A stretch of 64,000 bases of DNA from Amoebidium appalachense (taxonomy: Eukaryota; Protista; Ichthyosporea): assembly GCA_963693365.1 (NCBI GenBank), contig CAVNZM010000015.1, positions 558,001 to 622,000 on the forward strand, in the 5' to 3' direction. The notes under the pieces are model-generated. The model searched no databases, was not told where the DNA came from, and saw only the letters and a list, made by a program, of their open reading frames with translations. Below, one piece after another: positions 1-13,251 of the stretch; position 1 is the stretch's first letter, and the number at the start of each line of letters is the position of its first letter. The position numbers were made by a program, and so were the translations under genes.

Positions 1-199
1 AGAGATTCTACTTCACAGATAACGTCATTCCAAGGTGAGTGAGAAGGGGGGGTACCCGGGGGGGGGGGGGGGGGGTTGAGGGGCAAAGGGGGGAGTGTAT
101 GCAGGCGGGGGGGGGGGGGGGAAGGGGGAGGGGGCAGTGAGATGAATGGATAGAATTAGGATATGGGAATTGTGTCGAGTGGTGTCTGTGTGTGTGTGT

Positions 200-261
<62 letters not shown>

Positions 262-1226
262 AAATGGAAAGATAGGGATGTGGGAGTTGTCTTGGGAATA
301 TTTCACCGAGGCAGGGGGGTAAGGTGGTGTTTTTTGAAGGACAGGATGCTAGAGGGAAATACGGTGTGTGTGTGTGGGGTGGTGGGGAAGGGGCAGGGGG
401 GAGGAAGGGGGGGTGGGGGGGAGAAGGGGGGAGGGAGATTGGTGGTGATGGTGCCATTAGGATTCTCGTGGAGGGATGGCTGAACATGGAGGGGTTGAGG
501 GTGGAGGGGGGGAATGGGGAGGAGGGGGAGAGGGAGGAAATGAACAACTTTGTCTCCTTTCACCATCACTCACCTCCTTTCTCTTCCACCCACAAATGCA
601 CCTTCCCTCCTCCCCCCCCCCCCCCCCCCCTCCCCCCCTCCCCCTCCCCCCGCCCTCTCCCCCCCCCCCCCCCCACCCCTTCTTCCCAGGCTCGAGTCAG
701 GCATTCCCACTCTCCTCCGTCGGCTCGAGAAGCTTCCAGACCACAAAGACGTTTCCATCGCCTTCCCTGATGAGGGTATAACCCCCCTCCCCCCCCCCCC
801 CCCGGCCCCAACACGCACACAAACCCGCTTGTTATACATACTGTTTATGTGTGGTTTGCGCTCTGCATCCTGCTCTCCATTGTTTATGTGTACCTTGCGC
901 TCTATAGCGCATTCTACCCCTCTCCTCCTCCCCCCCCCCTCCCCCCCCCGGCGGATGGATACCTTCTCTCCACTTCCCTTGTGCTCCTCGCTCGTTCGAG
1001 ATATAGCTCCCCACGCCCCTCCCTTGCTCCCTAACCGGTGCACACACGCTGTTCTGTTCCCCCCCCCCCCAGCCCCCCTAATCCACGCATTACCACCACC
1101 ACTTTCTCCTCTGGAGTGGCCGGTTGGGAGAATATGTGTTGGTTGCTGTCATATGGCATGTTCTCACATAACCCTTAGTGATTGTGCGTATTTTCCTCCT
1201 TACCCCATGCTTTGCCGAGGTAAACT

Positions 1227-1266
<40 letters not shown>

Positions 1267-1646
1267 CTATTGATCTATTACTTTTGCAGAACCCAGCACG
1301 ATTATCGGAAGTCGGCTCTACGTATCCACATGAAGCCATATCCGAGCCTTATTCAACCCCTAGCACACATTTATCTCATACTCTCCTAATCTAACCCCAT
1401 CATAGTCAAACCCGATCGAACCCTCATCAACCTTATAAAAGGAGTTTCTTATCGATACCGGCCCAACCCTAATCTAACCCTAATCTAACCCTATTCTAAC
1501 CCTGATCTAACCCTGATCTAACCCTGATCTAACTCGTCACATAGGTGCCTACAAACGCTTCCACAAGATCTTTGAAGATGCAAACTATGAGACCATCATT
1601 TGCACGAAGGTAAGAACACAGCCCCTTTACGCACCCCCCCCCTCCC

Positions 1647-1677
<31 letters not shown>

Positions 1678-1971
1678 AAAAAAAAAAAACGCCCTCCCCC
1701 CCCCCCCCCCCCCCCCCTCCTAACCACCACCACACCACCATCACCACCACACACAAACCAACCCACCCATATGTTGTCCCTATCATAGCTCCACAGGAAA
1801 ACGAATATTGCATGGGTCTTCTTAGTATCTGGACACGACACGGAACATTCAACGCCGTGTTGACTATGATATGTACATACACAAGAACCCTCAGTTCACT
1901 TTCTGACACTCGTGTGTGCACGAATAAACAACACATCCACCATGCACCCATATACCCTGCATGCCTGCAAC

Positions 1972-2021
<50 letters not shown>

Positions 2022-2115
2022 AACACACACACGCATGTGTGCACACACGAACACACGCAAGCACCCGTACGCCGCGCGTATACACACACACAGACACACA
2101 CATACATACACACAC

Positions 2116-2184
<69 letters not shown>

Positions 2185-3008
2185 TCGTGACGGGGACAAG
2201 CGAATTGTGAAGGTGAAGGAAGGAAACGTTACAGGGAGGCATGTCGTGATTGGTTCGTGCCAACCCTTCGGACCCCCCCCCCCCCCCCCCCCCCCCCCCC
2301 TTCCTCCAACACACATACAGGGGGAGAGACCGGGGGGGAAGGAAGAGAGAGAGGAATTAGGGGGGAGGGGAAGGGGGGGAGGGAGAGATGGATGGAAAGG
2401 GAAGAAGGGAGGCGGGGAGGGATGCAAGAACTTGCACACAAACACACAACACCCCCACCATGTTCTTCTGTTCAAAACAACTACCTCCGAAGCTCAATCA
2501 ACGAAGACAAGGGCAGATTATTACTGCCCCCTCTTCCCCCCCCCCCCCCCCCCCCTCTCACCCACCAACACATACACCCACGATAGTAAACATACATCTG
2601 AAATCGAACTTGGAGTCTGTGGGGAGGGGAGGGACAGAAAGAGCTAGAAGAGCATGGATGAGTTCTTTAGTGTATGTCGAAACTTCGGAGCAATGGCATA
2701 GATCCTTTGGAATGCAGTTGCATGCTTTCTCTCCTCTTTGATTGGCTACTGAGACTCACACGGATATACTGTACTGGTACCACTTGATCTCTGCGTCGTG
2801 ATATTTCTGTGTTTTGATTGGCTGGTTCTACGCAATCTGATTGGTTGGGGCAGTGGACGATCTCGTGCAGTCAGGTGTCACCCTGTTTGAGTGTGCACGT
2901 GCTCTTATGACTGCAAAGGTATAACCCATCCTCCCCCCCCCCCCTCCTCCCCCCCCCCCCCCCCCGCCCCAAACACTCACACATACGCACACATACACAC
3001 ACACACAC

Positions 3009-3057
<49 letters not shown>

Positions 3058-3148
3058 ACTCACACACACACACTCACTCACTCACTCACTCACAAACGCA
3101 CACACACACACACACACACACACGTATACACACACGCGCGCGCACACG

Positions 3149-3184
<36 letters not shown>

Positions 3185-4353
3185 TATCTATCCACCTCAC
3201 TGCCCCCCTCTTCTTCCTTCCCCCTCCCCTCCGCCCCCCTCCCCCCTCCCCCCAACTCCCCCCCAACTCCCACTAGCTCTCTGTCTTCCTACACCCCCCC
3301 CCCCCCCCCCTCTCTCCCTCCCCCCCCCCCCCCCCCTCCTCCTCCCCCCTTCCTCCAGTCGGCGAACCCCGATTTGTACTAACTCCACCTATGTGCAAAC
3401 CTTTTTGGTGTTCATTGTTGCAGTATGGATGGCACATACATGTAATTACCAAATTTAGGCAAGGTATGCGATCGGAAGCTGCCAAGCAATACATTGACAC
3501 AGGGACGCAGGAGGAGTGGGATTTTTAGGGGGAGGGGGGGGGGGGGGGGTACTGAGAGAAGGTGTCTGTGCGGGGGAAGAGGAAGGGTGGAAGAGAGAAT
3601 ATCTGTGTGTGTGCGCGCGTGGTTTTTTTTTTTTTTTTTTTTGGGGGGGGGGGGGGGGAGGAGGGAATGTATCCCATCACAGTGTAACGCCAACCTTAAT
3701 GAAAACAGTTTTGTTTTCTGGCGGTGTGGTTGTGTAGATCCAACCGACAAGGTCTAGATAACATCTAGATCCGATCTGATCGGCCAATCACACTGCAGCC
3801 CAGCAAGATCAGCATCTATGTGACCCATGCCGTGTTCCCCAATGAGTCCTGGAGGAGATTTACTGACCCAAACCCTGGTATTAGCCTTCCCCCCCCCCCC
3901 CCCCCCCCGGGCCCTCCCCCTAAGTTGAAGCAGTATCTGAGTTGGGTTTCGTCAAGGAGGGGAATGAGTCGAATTTTTCCGGATTGCATGCCTCCCCCTC
4001 CCCCCTCCCCGGGTCCCTCGACCCCTGATGATGGGCTCTGCCTCTTATTCTGATTATGTGGTTTGCACTCTGCATTATGTTCTCTGTTAATAAATCTGTA
4101 TTTCGTACTGTATAACACATATAGCCCCATCCTCATGTTGAAACATGTTACTTCTTGCGTTGTTTGTACTTCATATGTGTGGTATGTTCTAACTGCCCCT
4201 TCTCCCCTCCCCCCCCCCTTTCCCCCTCCACCCCTCCACCCCTCCACCCCTCCTTCCCTACGTCCCCCCCCCCCCCCCCCCCCCCCCAACTCCCTCCCAA
4301 AGGGGAAAAAGAAAAAAGAAAACTACCCCACCGCCTCTGCCACGTAAACAGGC

Positions 4354-4392
<39 letters not shown>

Positions 4393-4404
4393 CTCCCCCC
4401 CCCC

Positions 4405-4435
<31 letters not shown>

Positions 4436-4743
4436 AAGCACACACTTGCCCCCCTCCCCCCCCCCCCCTCCGCCGCCCCTCCCCTCCTCTCCCCCTCCTT
4501 TCCCTGCTCCCCCCCCCCCCCCCCCCCCTACACACACACACACACACGCACACAGCCGACCGTGACATCCAATTTGAGCACTTTTGGATCACCGACAGTG
4601 TTCCTCGTACCGTTGCGGCAATCGGCGATCGCAAACCCTTTGAGAGTCTCTCATTGGCTGATCACCTGGGTCACATGTTCCACAACTACGATCTGAGGAG
4701 AATGAGCCCGACAATTAGACGCGCATCGGCAACGCGTTTCTGA
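1..4743 (+). CDS. Ribose-phosphate pyrophosphokinase, class II (plant PRS3/PRS4-like); 5' part lies outside the window
   Basis: Exons <1-34, 690-775, 1545-1609, 2183-2252, 2854-2918, 3799-3877 and 4556-4743 join through GT-AG introns with consistent phases. Translation: ERFYFTDNVIPRLESGIPTLL...IAFPDEGAYKRFHK...[37 protein letters not shown]...YVTHAVFPNESWRRF...FWITDSVP...PFESLSLA...RF*. These motifs match Arabidopsis PRS4 (from memory). Confidence 0.93.
825..920 (+). mobile_element. Tail-only copy of the element in a PRS intron
   Basis: TGTGGTTTGCGCTCTGCAT...GTGTACC...GCATTCTACCCC; similar to 4055-4075 and 48560-48625. Confidence 0.5.
1467..1533. repeat. Telomere-like 11-mer tandem repeat (CCCTRATCTAA) x6
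   Basis: Directly visible. It lies in a PRS intron just upstream of the acceptor at 1544. Confidence 0.9.
3931..4196 (+). mobile_element. Degenerate copy of the element in a PRS intron
   Basis: CAGTATCTGAGTTGGGTTTCGT is identical to 48331-48352. Also GAGTC-GAAT (mutated GAAA), ACCC-CTGATGA-TG-GGCTCT at 4021-4039, and a T-rich tail. Confidence 0.75.
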
Positions 4744-4999
4744 AATTTCGATTTGGTTTTTTAGGATGCACTTTGCTTGGTTTGACTTATCATACCTGGA
4801 ATTTCATTTCTATTTTCTAAATATTATTTTCTTGGCATTTTTTGTTTTGCTTTTTGGCCTTTGAGTCAAGTTTTAAACCTTGATTTCTTTACCCTGTTAG
4901 CATTAGTAACAAATCATAATCTCTTTCCATGTTCTGTTTTCCTTTCCACCTTCTGTCTTCTTCCCGTCTTCTCCGCTCTCTTTTGACAGACCCAAACAG

Positions 5000-5050
<51 letters not shown>

Positions 5051-5173
5051 TTCACCCTTTCCCCGCGGGGGGATGACCTTATTAGAATATGCCTTTTTTT
5101 GTGTGTGTGTGGTATGTGATATAATCTGTGAGAAACTATGGTGTCAGCCATGCCCAGATGACTTTCAAGTTTG

Positions 5174-5231
<58 letters not shown>

Positions 5232-5795
5232 GGGGGGAGGGGGCGGTATAGGCTGCTAGGGAAGAAATTCACAAAGTTGTTTTTTATTTGCATTTTAGCA
5301 TGTCAAAACAGAAAATTAGTTTTACGGTGTACACGTGTTCTGTATCGATGATATTTATTCTTTAATGCTCTTAAAGACAGTACTTTGCTTGTGGGTCACC
5401 GCAACATCCCTTCTTACCTGTACATATGAAGCCATGGGCGCGCAGTGAGTCCTCGGCTTTTATGCTCTTTCCATATTGTGAAAAAATCACTTTTTTGAAA
5501 AAAACTAATTATCAATAAAAGTATCAGCTTATATCCTGCCTCAAACCAAATGGAAGTGTTCCCCTCCCCCCCCCCCCCCCTCTCTCCCGGGGTGCAGGAA
5601 CACGTGTCTTTGTATGTGGCGTTAGTGTGACACATTCCCCTCCCTCCCCCCTCCCCCTTCTGCCCCTCCTCCCCCCCGCCCCCTCTCCCCGCGCTCCGTT
5701 TGGAGCCTCTGTCCATAACTTCCGTTGTACGTGTCCTGTTCCAAAACGTGTTTGTGAGCATACATATAGCAATTTTCCATATTGTCAAGCTCAAA

Positions 5796-5834
<39 letters not shown>

Positions 5835-6385
5835 CGAACACACACAAAAGCACAGGGGACGTGCACCACCATCACTTGTATCCAACCCCACTTTCCCGTG
5901 AGTCGTTGTGGGCCCCGAGTACATACGGTGTGTCGACAGATTCTTATGAAGAGCCCCCCCCTCCCCCCTCCCCCCCTTCCCCGCCTCCCCCCCTCGTCTC
6001 CTCCCCGTCTCCCCTCCCCCCCCACCCTCCCCCCTTCCCCCCTGCCCCCCCCTCCAGCCTCCCGACGGTCTAATTCTTTGTTTGAAGTGATCAACACGAC
6101 ACTCAGTGTTTGCATGCATGCGCACCAATATCCCCCTCTCTCCCCCCCCCCCCCCCCCCCCCTCCTCCTCCCACCCACCCACCCACCTTCTACATTAAAC
6201 ACCACTACCATTCCCATATTCTGCCACAGATTAGGGATTTCGAAATTTCTTTTTTGAGGCTCAAACGTACCCTTAGAGCTCCCCCCCCCCCCCCCCCCCC
6301 CCCTCCTCCTTCCCTCCTTCCCACCACCACCACCAACACCACTGCTACGCAACACTCCAATCCTCCATCCCCCCCCCTCCCCCCC

Positions 6386-6416
<31 letters not shown>

Positions 6417-6703
6417 ATAAACATTTCGATAGTGGGCGCATCTAACCCCCCCACCCCCCCCACTCTCCCCCCCCCTCCCGGGGCCCTTTGTGCATAAACA
6501 TTGAAATGAATCTGATTGCCGGCACGTGTGAAAGGCTGCTTCGTGCACTGTGTGCATGTACATATATCGCTGCCTAAACATGGGCACCACTGACATAAAC
6601 CCCCCTTGCTCAAAAGTTTTTGTTTTTACATCTGCACTGCGCTTTTTGTACGGTACTCTACCTTGTCCACCTTGTCCCCAGGTTGAAATTCCCCCTTCCC
6701 CCC

Positions 6704-6757
<54 letters not shown>

Positions 6758-7091
6758 AGAAGACGAAGAAGAAGAAAAAAGAACATGCATAGTGCCACTT
6801 GTCGTTGCGAATTTTTTGCACATACAATCCAAGCTCGCCAAGATCTGGGCGCCGGACGGGAGGGGAAGGGGGAGGGGAGGGGGGAGAGAGAGGGGGGGGG
6901 GGGGGGGGGGGGGAGGGGAGGATGGGGGGGGGGGGGGGAATATTCAAAGGCAGAGAGCAGTTACTTCACACGCCCTTTTCGAATTTTGAGAGTGCTCAGG
7001 AGGGTGCTCCTAGGAAAGCTATCTAACTTTTCAACATACTAACTACACTACTCTCAAGTAAAAATTTAAAAATGACCCCCCCCCCCCCCCC

Positions 7092-7128
<37 letters not shown>

Positions 7129-7303
7129 GTATTTCTTCACAAGAAAACTTAAAGAAACATACACACAAACACACACACACGCACAGCATGCTACCTACGA
7201 GGACACACAAAAACAAAAAAACACACACTCGTACAGACAAACGTGCATTCATGTGTGCCCAAAATGCTTTACACATCCGTGCATGCAAAGCAACGCATGG
7301 ACG

Positions 7304-7334
<31 letters not shown>

Positions 7335-7405
7335 TTCTCCCCGCCCCGCCGAAAAAAAAAAAAGAAGAAAAAAAGAAAGAAAGAAAGAAAGAAAGACCCC
7401 CCCAA

Positions 7406-7500
7406 AAGAAGAAGAAGAAGAAGAAGAGGAGGAGGAAGAAGAAGAAGAAGAAGAAGGAGAAGAAGAAGAAGAAGAAGAAGAAGAAGAAGAAGAAGAAGAA
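7406..7500. repeat. (GAA)n microsatellite
   Basis: Directly visible. Confidence 0.95.
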
Positions 7501-7979
7501 CCAAAAAAAAAAAATCATACTAGAAGTGTGGGTACCAACACAATGTCATGTCATCAGTAACACGCACCTGGTTTAATGCACGCTCATGTTGCATGCTCAT
7601 GCGTTCTCTTGCGGTTTTGAATATTTATAGTTTTGGTTGTTTTACTGCCACTGGCAGGATTTTTGGAAATTCGTGCATCTTTTTACACACTTCAACGAAG
7701 TTTCAAGGCTCTTCCCAGCAACATTAATAAGGTAGCTGCTGCTGTGAATTTTTGAGACATAATGTAAGCATTCGCAAATATTTACATGTACATGTCAACC
7801 TATTTTCTCACCTTGACTCTGATGTTACGTTTTCTACATATATGTTACACAACTTGTGTTGTCATTACACATCGCCGAGAGATGATATGGCTAGTTATAA
7901 GAGCACCAACTGCACACCGATACGACACGATATTATACATAGAAATTTCAAATACAAATATACAACTTTCAACTAATGT

Positions 7980-9137
7980 TTAATGTTTTTGGGTCGCCGA
8001 GTTCTCAGCGAGCATCGTTTCCAACTCACGGCAGAATTCTTCAATCGCCTGCACGTCGATACCATCGTCATTGGTTGCCGCCTGAGTCTTTAAATTTTTC
8101 AGTTTCATGTTCCCTTTTACCGCCATTACCGGCCTCCACTCCTTGGCAGAGTGTTGGAACGAAAACGTGTTTTCTTCCCTTTCCTCCTCCTCAATATGCG
8201 GGTGTGTAGGGCGGTGCTTATCCGGGCTAAGCATACTAGAGATGTTCAAGAGCAACTCGAGGTTGTTGGAGAGGGAGGAGGTGTCAGGGGAGTTAGACCG
8301 AGGAACACGCACACGATCAAACGTGTGCGACGCGGCGTCGCCGGCGGGCCGAGGGGTGCGAGAGAACTTCTTTAAACGAACAACGTACGGGTTTTCTCCG
8401 AAACTTTCACCGCGTGGGCTAGTGAAGGTCGTGCTTGTTTTGGGGGTTGTTTGGGATCCGGAATGTGCAGAACCTTCGGTGGTGGATGAGTCTGTGCGTG
8501 CGTGACGATACAGATTGGGCCAGGAGGAAGAAAGTTGGGAATATGCTGAATATACATCGCTCTGTGGTGTTGTATCGATGCGTGGGTCCGCGCTGCGTTT
8601 TGTCTCGGAGAAAGTTTTCCGTGTGTTCATGGGCCTGTCTAGAAGCCACATGGCCTGGTCAACATCGGGGGTGAGGGGGGAGGAAGGGACACTAGATGTG
8701 CCGCGTGTGAGCGAATGTGGTTCCCTGTATAGGAGCTTGCTTACTGCGGACATTTCAAAAAAGGTATCTTCTTGGTTGTCGTTAGTGTATGTTTTCCTCC
8801 GCCCATCGTGCGTGCTGCGTGCGTGTTTTTCCGTGTGGAAAGTGAAGCGTGTTTCAGGGAGAGAGGATGGGCTGCGTGGGTCGGATTCCCCGTCGCTGCT
8901 GCTGCGCCGAGGCAAATGCATGCGGTCCCCCCTTGGGATGGACATGTTTGTGCTTGTGTGCATTTCGTTGTCTGATCCACCGTCCTGGTAAGGTGTGAAG
9001 CGTCTAACCGTGCTCCATTCACTCATGTGCCTACGTCTGTAGTGTTGTCTTCTACTATGTGACGAGCTATATCTGCGGCCACACCCCTCAAATTCACACT
9101 CATACTCCCTCTCTGCGGCTGGCTTACGTGGCGCCAT
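7980..9137 (-). CDS. Single-exon 385-aa protein with one N-terminal C2H2 zinc finger (putative transcription factor)
   Basis: Long non-repetitive ORF with an A-rich start context. YECEFEGCGRRYSSSHSRRQHYRRRH fits C-x4-C-x12-H-x4-H. The rest is S/T/P-rich and probably disordered. Confidence 0.85.
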   Translation of the reverse strand: MAPRKPAAEREYECEFEGCGRRYSSSHSRRQHYRRRHMSEWSTVRRFTPYQDGGSDNEMHTSTNMSIPRGDRMHLPRRSSSDGESDPRSPSSLPETRFTFHTEKHARSTHDGRRKTYTNDNQEDTFFEMSAVSKLLYREPHSLTRGTSSVPSSPLTPDVDQAMWLLDRPMNTRKTFSETKRSADPRIDTTPQSDVYSAYSQLSSSWPNLYRHARTDSSTTEGSAHSGSQTTPKTSTTFTSPRGESFGENPYVVRLKKFSRTPRPAGDAASHTFDRVRVPRSNSPDTSSLSNNLELLLNISSMLSPDKHRPTHPHIEEEEREENTFSFQHSAKEWRPVMAVKGNMKLKNLKTQAATNDDGIDVQAIEEFCRELETMLAENSATQKH

Positions 9138-11475
9138 TTTTCAGTCCTAGTCGAACCTCAAACCTATAAAACTACAACGGTAAAAGTGTGGGTGTGCTGT
9201 TGTTATGCTTATCGGGCGAGTGTCTATCAGACCGAAGCCGAGATATGTGTACAGGCACCGTGACGCGTAACGATAAGAATAGAAAGGGAAAACAACTGCT
9301 TGCGTTTCTACGTGTATTGGTGCGTGCATGAAGTGAAAATGGTGCTTAGAATGTCAGATTTTGCTGTCGACTCTACGAATGACTTTTCTTTGTTGATGCG
9401 CTGTGACTCACTGAGAAGTGATGGTTGATCCAAATTTGCCATAGTGATGGGGCGGAGCAGCATTTTATAGCTGTGTGGGAGGTTGAATAAATTTGTGGAA
9501 TGTGACGTAATGGAAGACCGTTTTCTGATTGGCATATCAGCGCCAATCGGAAATTGGCATGCGGAATGCAACAGTGCGAATAAGGCTCCCGAATCCCTAG
9601 GCCTTAGGTGTAGGTGTGCGGTAGCCTTTTCGATGTTGTCAATGTTCCTGCTGTATTAAACCTTTCTCTCATTGTCTTTTATAGTTCAATATATGTACTT
9701 ACACCTATTTACACTTGTATTAGGTTGTCAGAGCATTTAACAACTCATTTGATGCGGACACGCATGACAGCGCAGAGCAGGAAAAAACAGCAATCGAAGT
9801 GTTTCATGAAGCCTTAGAATCAACAATCATCATGCATATGAAAACGATGGCGCTTTAGAAAAAAAAACAAAAAAAAACAGGCAGCCTGAATATATGTTAT
9901 AGGGTTTCATGCTCTTCCTGTGCAACCTGAACACATTTCTGAGTCTTGGAAAATTATAGAGTCGGTGACCGTGACGTACACGGATGACAAATGCTCGGTG
10001 CGACTGCATTCCATATATCTGGATATCATAGTCCTGGAATGCAATAGCCTAGGACTTCGACTTTGTACCAATCAAAAAGCCTTTTCATACATTCATGCAA
10101 CAGTCCTGGAATTTCCTTGCCGGTGCCCGCACGGGGTGGTGTTGACAGCTGGTGTTGACTGCAGTGCTGAGACAACCGATTCACCGCTGTCGCACAGCCA
10201 GCGGGATCCCAAGAAAGTTCAGCACACAACGCACAGAAAAACGTAATAACGGGGACTAATTTACATGTGTCATTGAAAAAAATGAGCCACCTGCCACAGG
10301 GAATTACTGCGGCAATTGCTGCTTGTTTAGAATGATGGGGTTTACGCTGTTTACTCGAGGCAAAGAGAGACCAGTCTGAGACTCTCAGGTATGGGGGGTT
10401 CTTGCTCGGAATATCCCCTCAGCGGTATATCATGATCACGTACATTCTGTCGGGTGATGATTATATATCAGGGTTTACTTTCTCTACGAGACACCATAAA
10501 GACTAAGAAAATCAAATAGTTGGGGTTCCCCGTTTTTTTTTCTTTTTTTTTTTTTTTTTTCGGGCTCCCCTGGGACACTCGGTATCAGCTGGTTGTGTGT
10601 GTGTGTGTGTGTGTGTGTACGTGTGTGTGTGTGTGTGTGTGCGCGCGCTAGAATTTTGTAATGATATGTTTCTCAAGCCAATCAATACATCTAATAAACA
10701 GGTCGTAGTTTCGCGTTTAGTATAGAATCAAGGATGTTGTAATTTTCAGGTAGGCTATCTTTCTGGTTGTCTGTTGTGAATGTGACGTGTGTGTGTTGCG
10801 GTATTATGTGGTCTATCAAACTACATTTGGCGATACATGACCTGCTCCGTGAAGATACCCATCCAGTCATCGCCGGGACTCGCACACTTCTCCACCAATG
10901 AGAATGGTTGACCAATCGATCAGAGGGAAGATAGCCACTATTGCATTCCTAAGATCTTGAACTTGAAGTCATGTTTTCAAGCGGGAGGAGGCAGCGGTGA
11001 GAGACGAAGATCCACCGAGTGGCATTGCGGTGAGGTGATTGGCTATTGGCATGCATTGGTTGTGTTGGATTGCTGGTTTCCATATATAGTTAGTTTGTTT
11101 TGGTTTTGATTGCATGTTCTGATTTGGTCAGATTTTACAGCATTTGATTGGTTTCTTCAACTCTGGATTCAAATTCCAAATGCGTCGTGGGAACGGGTAT
11201 AAAAAGGAGTACATGTCGTTTGGATATTTTCAGTCTTTGGTTTTCGTTTTAGCGTTTGTGTGAGTGTCTGGCATCAGAGGTAAAAGGGATTTGTAGAGTT
11301 AATAGGTTGAGCTAAGTTTTGGTGGTGCTAGTGTAAAAGCGCACAAACTAGTTGCCTTAGCTAGCTGTCCTTTTTCCTGCTGATTTCCCCGCCCTCCCAG
11401 CCCTGTTGTGGGGATAGATGAAGGGGTGTCCTTGGCCATTGCGTGTTAGGGACACTGATTCCTTCTTTAGGGTAG

Positions 11476-11515
<40 letters not shown>

Positions 11516-11728
11516 GCACACACACACGCACACACACACACACACACACACACCGTACGTGCACTTACATGCACGCACACACACCATAGTTTTCATGGTT
11601 CGTTGAATGTCAATTAACAGTTATTCATACATATTCTTTTAGAGTGTTTATTTCATTTTTTCAAAATAATAAACTCCCGTACTTGCCTCTGATTTCATGT
11701 TCATGAGTCTCGGGGAGCCACGACGGTA

Positions 11729-12024
11729 GCGTGGTTCTGTGTTTGTGTTGCTATGTGCTTGTGTGGCTGTGTGTTTGTGCTGCTCTGTGCTTGTGTGGCT
11801 GTGTGTTTGTGTTGCTCCGTGCTTGTGTGGCTGTGTGTTTTTGTTGCTCCGTGTTCATGTGGTTCTGTGTTTGTGTTGCTATGTGCTTGTGTGGCTGTGT
11901 GTTTGTGTTGCTCTGTGCTTGTGTGGCTGTGTGTTTGTGTTGCTCCGTGCTCATGTGGTTCTGTGTTTGTGTTGCTCTGTGCTTGTGTGGCTGTGTGTTT
12001 TTGTTGCTCTGGTGCTTGTGTGGC
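11729..12024. repeat. 32-bp minisatellite, ~9 copies
   Basis: Unit GTGTGGCTGTGTGTTTGTGTTGCTCTGTGCTT with variants. Confidence 0.9.
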
Positions 12025-12388
12025 TTCCCTCATCCACCCTCTCAAGCGTTCTTTTTTTTGCCTCTCATTGCACATTGGTCTGAGCCTGCATGGGGCCTTA
12101 TGTTTAGAGGGCCCCGGGTCCTTTCTCTCCCTTTCCCCCTCTACCGACTTGTCAGTCAGCTCTTGTACAGCATCAGGCAGAATGTTCATCTCTACCTTCC
12201 CCCCCCCCCCCCCCCCCCCCCCCCCCACACACACACACCATATAATCCAAAAACAACAACCAAAAAATGTGTGATATGCGGCCTTTTGTACCCATCCGTT
12301 TGTGCACCCTATTCCCTGCGCTGCCACTATGTATCTCTGTGCTCTTTGCTGCTCGAAAATTTGTGTCTCCCCCCCCCCCCCCCCCCCC

Positions 12389-12490
12389 ATTGTGCGCCCT
12401 GCTTTATGTCGCATATTTGAATGTTTGTTTTCGCATACCATATGTGTCTCGTGATGTAGTTGTACTTCGTTATGTTTACCGCATTCTAAT
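12389..12490 (+). mobile_element. Tail-only copy of the element
   Basis: GCATATTTGAATGTTTG...GTACTTCGT...CCGCATTCTAAT + poly-C; similar to 47590-47673. Confidence 0.6.
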
Positions 12491-12802
12491 CCCCCCCCCC
12501 CCCCCCTCCCCCTGCCCGAGGTCCCCGTTAACCCATACCTCCACCTTTCCATTTTGCGGAGTCTTTCTCTTGTTGTCTGCTATCTCCTTGGTTATTTTCT
12601 TAGACTGAATATCGGGTTAGGCACTCACCCCTCACCCCTCTGCCGTCGTTGCAACTCATGTTTATTCGGTTTCTTCGTTGCCGTGTGCCCAATTTTCTTG
12701 GTTTCTTTTTTTTTTCTGTTTCTTTTATTTTTGGGGGGTTTTTGATGCCTTTGCCTTCATGTTTACCACTCTCTGCATACATTATATTCCCCCCTCCCCC
12801 CC

Positions 12803-12833
<31 letters not shown>

Positions 12834-12999
12834 CACGCACAAACACATACACACACACACATACACACATACACAACACACACAACGCCCCACCTCCCCT
12901 ATGTCTTTATACATGTAGTTGTGTTGTCGTCGTTATAGTGTGGGTTTTTTGCCCCGTTTAAATTTTAAATTCATGTGATATTGTTCCGTTGCATCTCTC

Positions 13000-13124
13000 C
13001 CCCCACTTTTTGGCCATGACGGGGTGACTCGCCTATTGCCGTCGAAGCAAAGGATGGGTTGGGAACCAGGCGCTAGATTTGAAGAGTCGATACCCATTCG
13101 TTTGTGGAGGCATGGGAACCTCCC
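13000..13124 (+). mobile_element. Truncated copy of the element (second subfamily)
   Basis: Aligns with 49600-49724: GGATGGG-TT-GGGA ... AGAGTC-GATA-CCCATTC ... TCCC. It is cut off by (CA)n before CUGANGA. Confidence 0.7.
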
Positions 13125-13202
13125 ACACACACACACCTTAAACAAATTTAAAAAGTTAGAAAAAAAAATTGCCGCACACACACATGCGCGTGCGCACCCA
13201 CA

Positions 13203-13251
<49 letters not shown>

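Noticed and set aside
760-790. CTGATGA-GGGTATAACCC looking like half a hammerhead
   Set aside because: It is the PRS exon end (FPDEG) plus the GT donor, and no GAAA follows.
4690-4715. CTGAGGA motif
   Set aside because: It lies in the last PRS coding exon (DLRR) and has no supporting stems.
11729-12024. Possible CRISPR array (32-bp periodicity)
   Set aside because: Head-to-tail minisatellite with no unique spacers and no cas genes, in a eukaryotic context.
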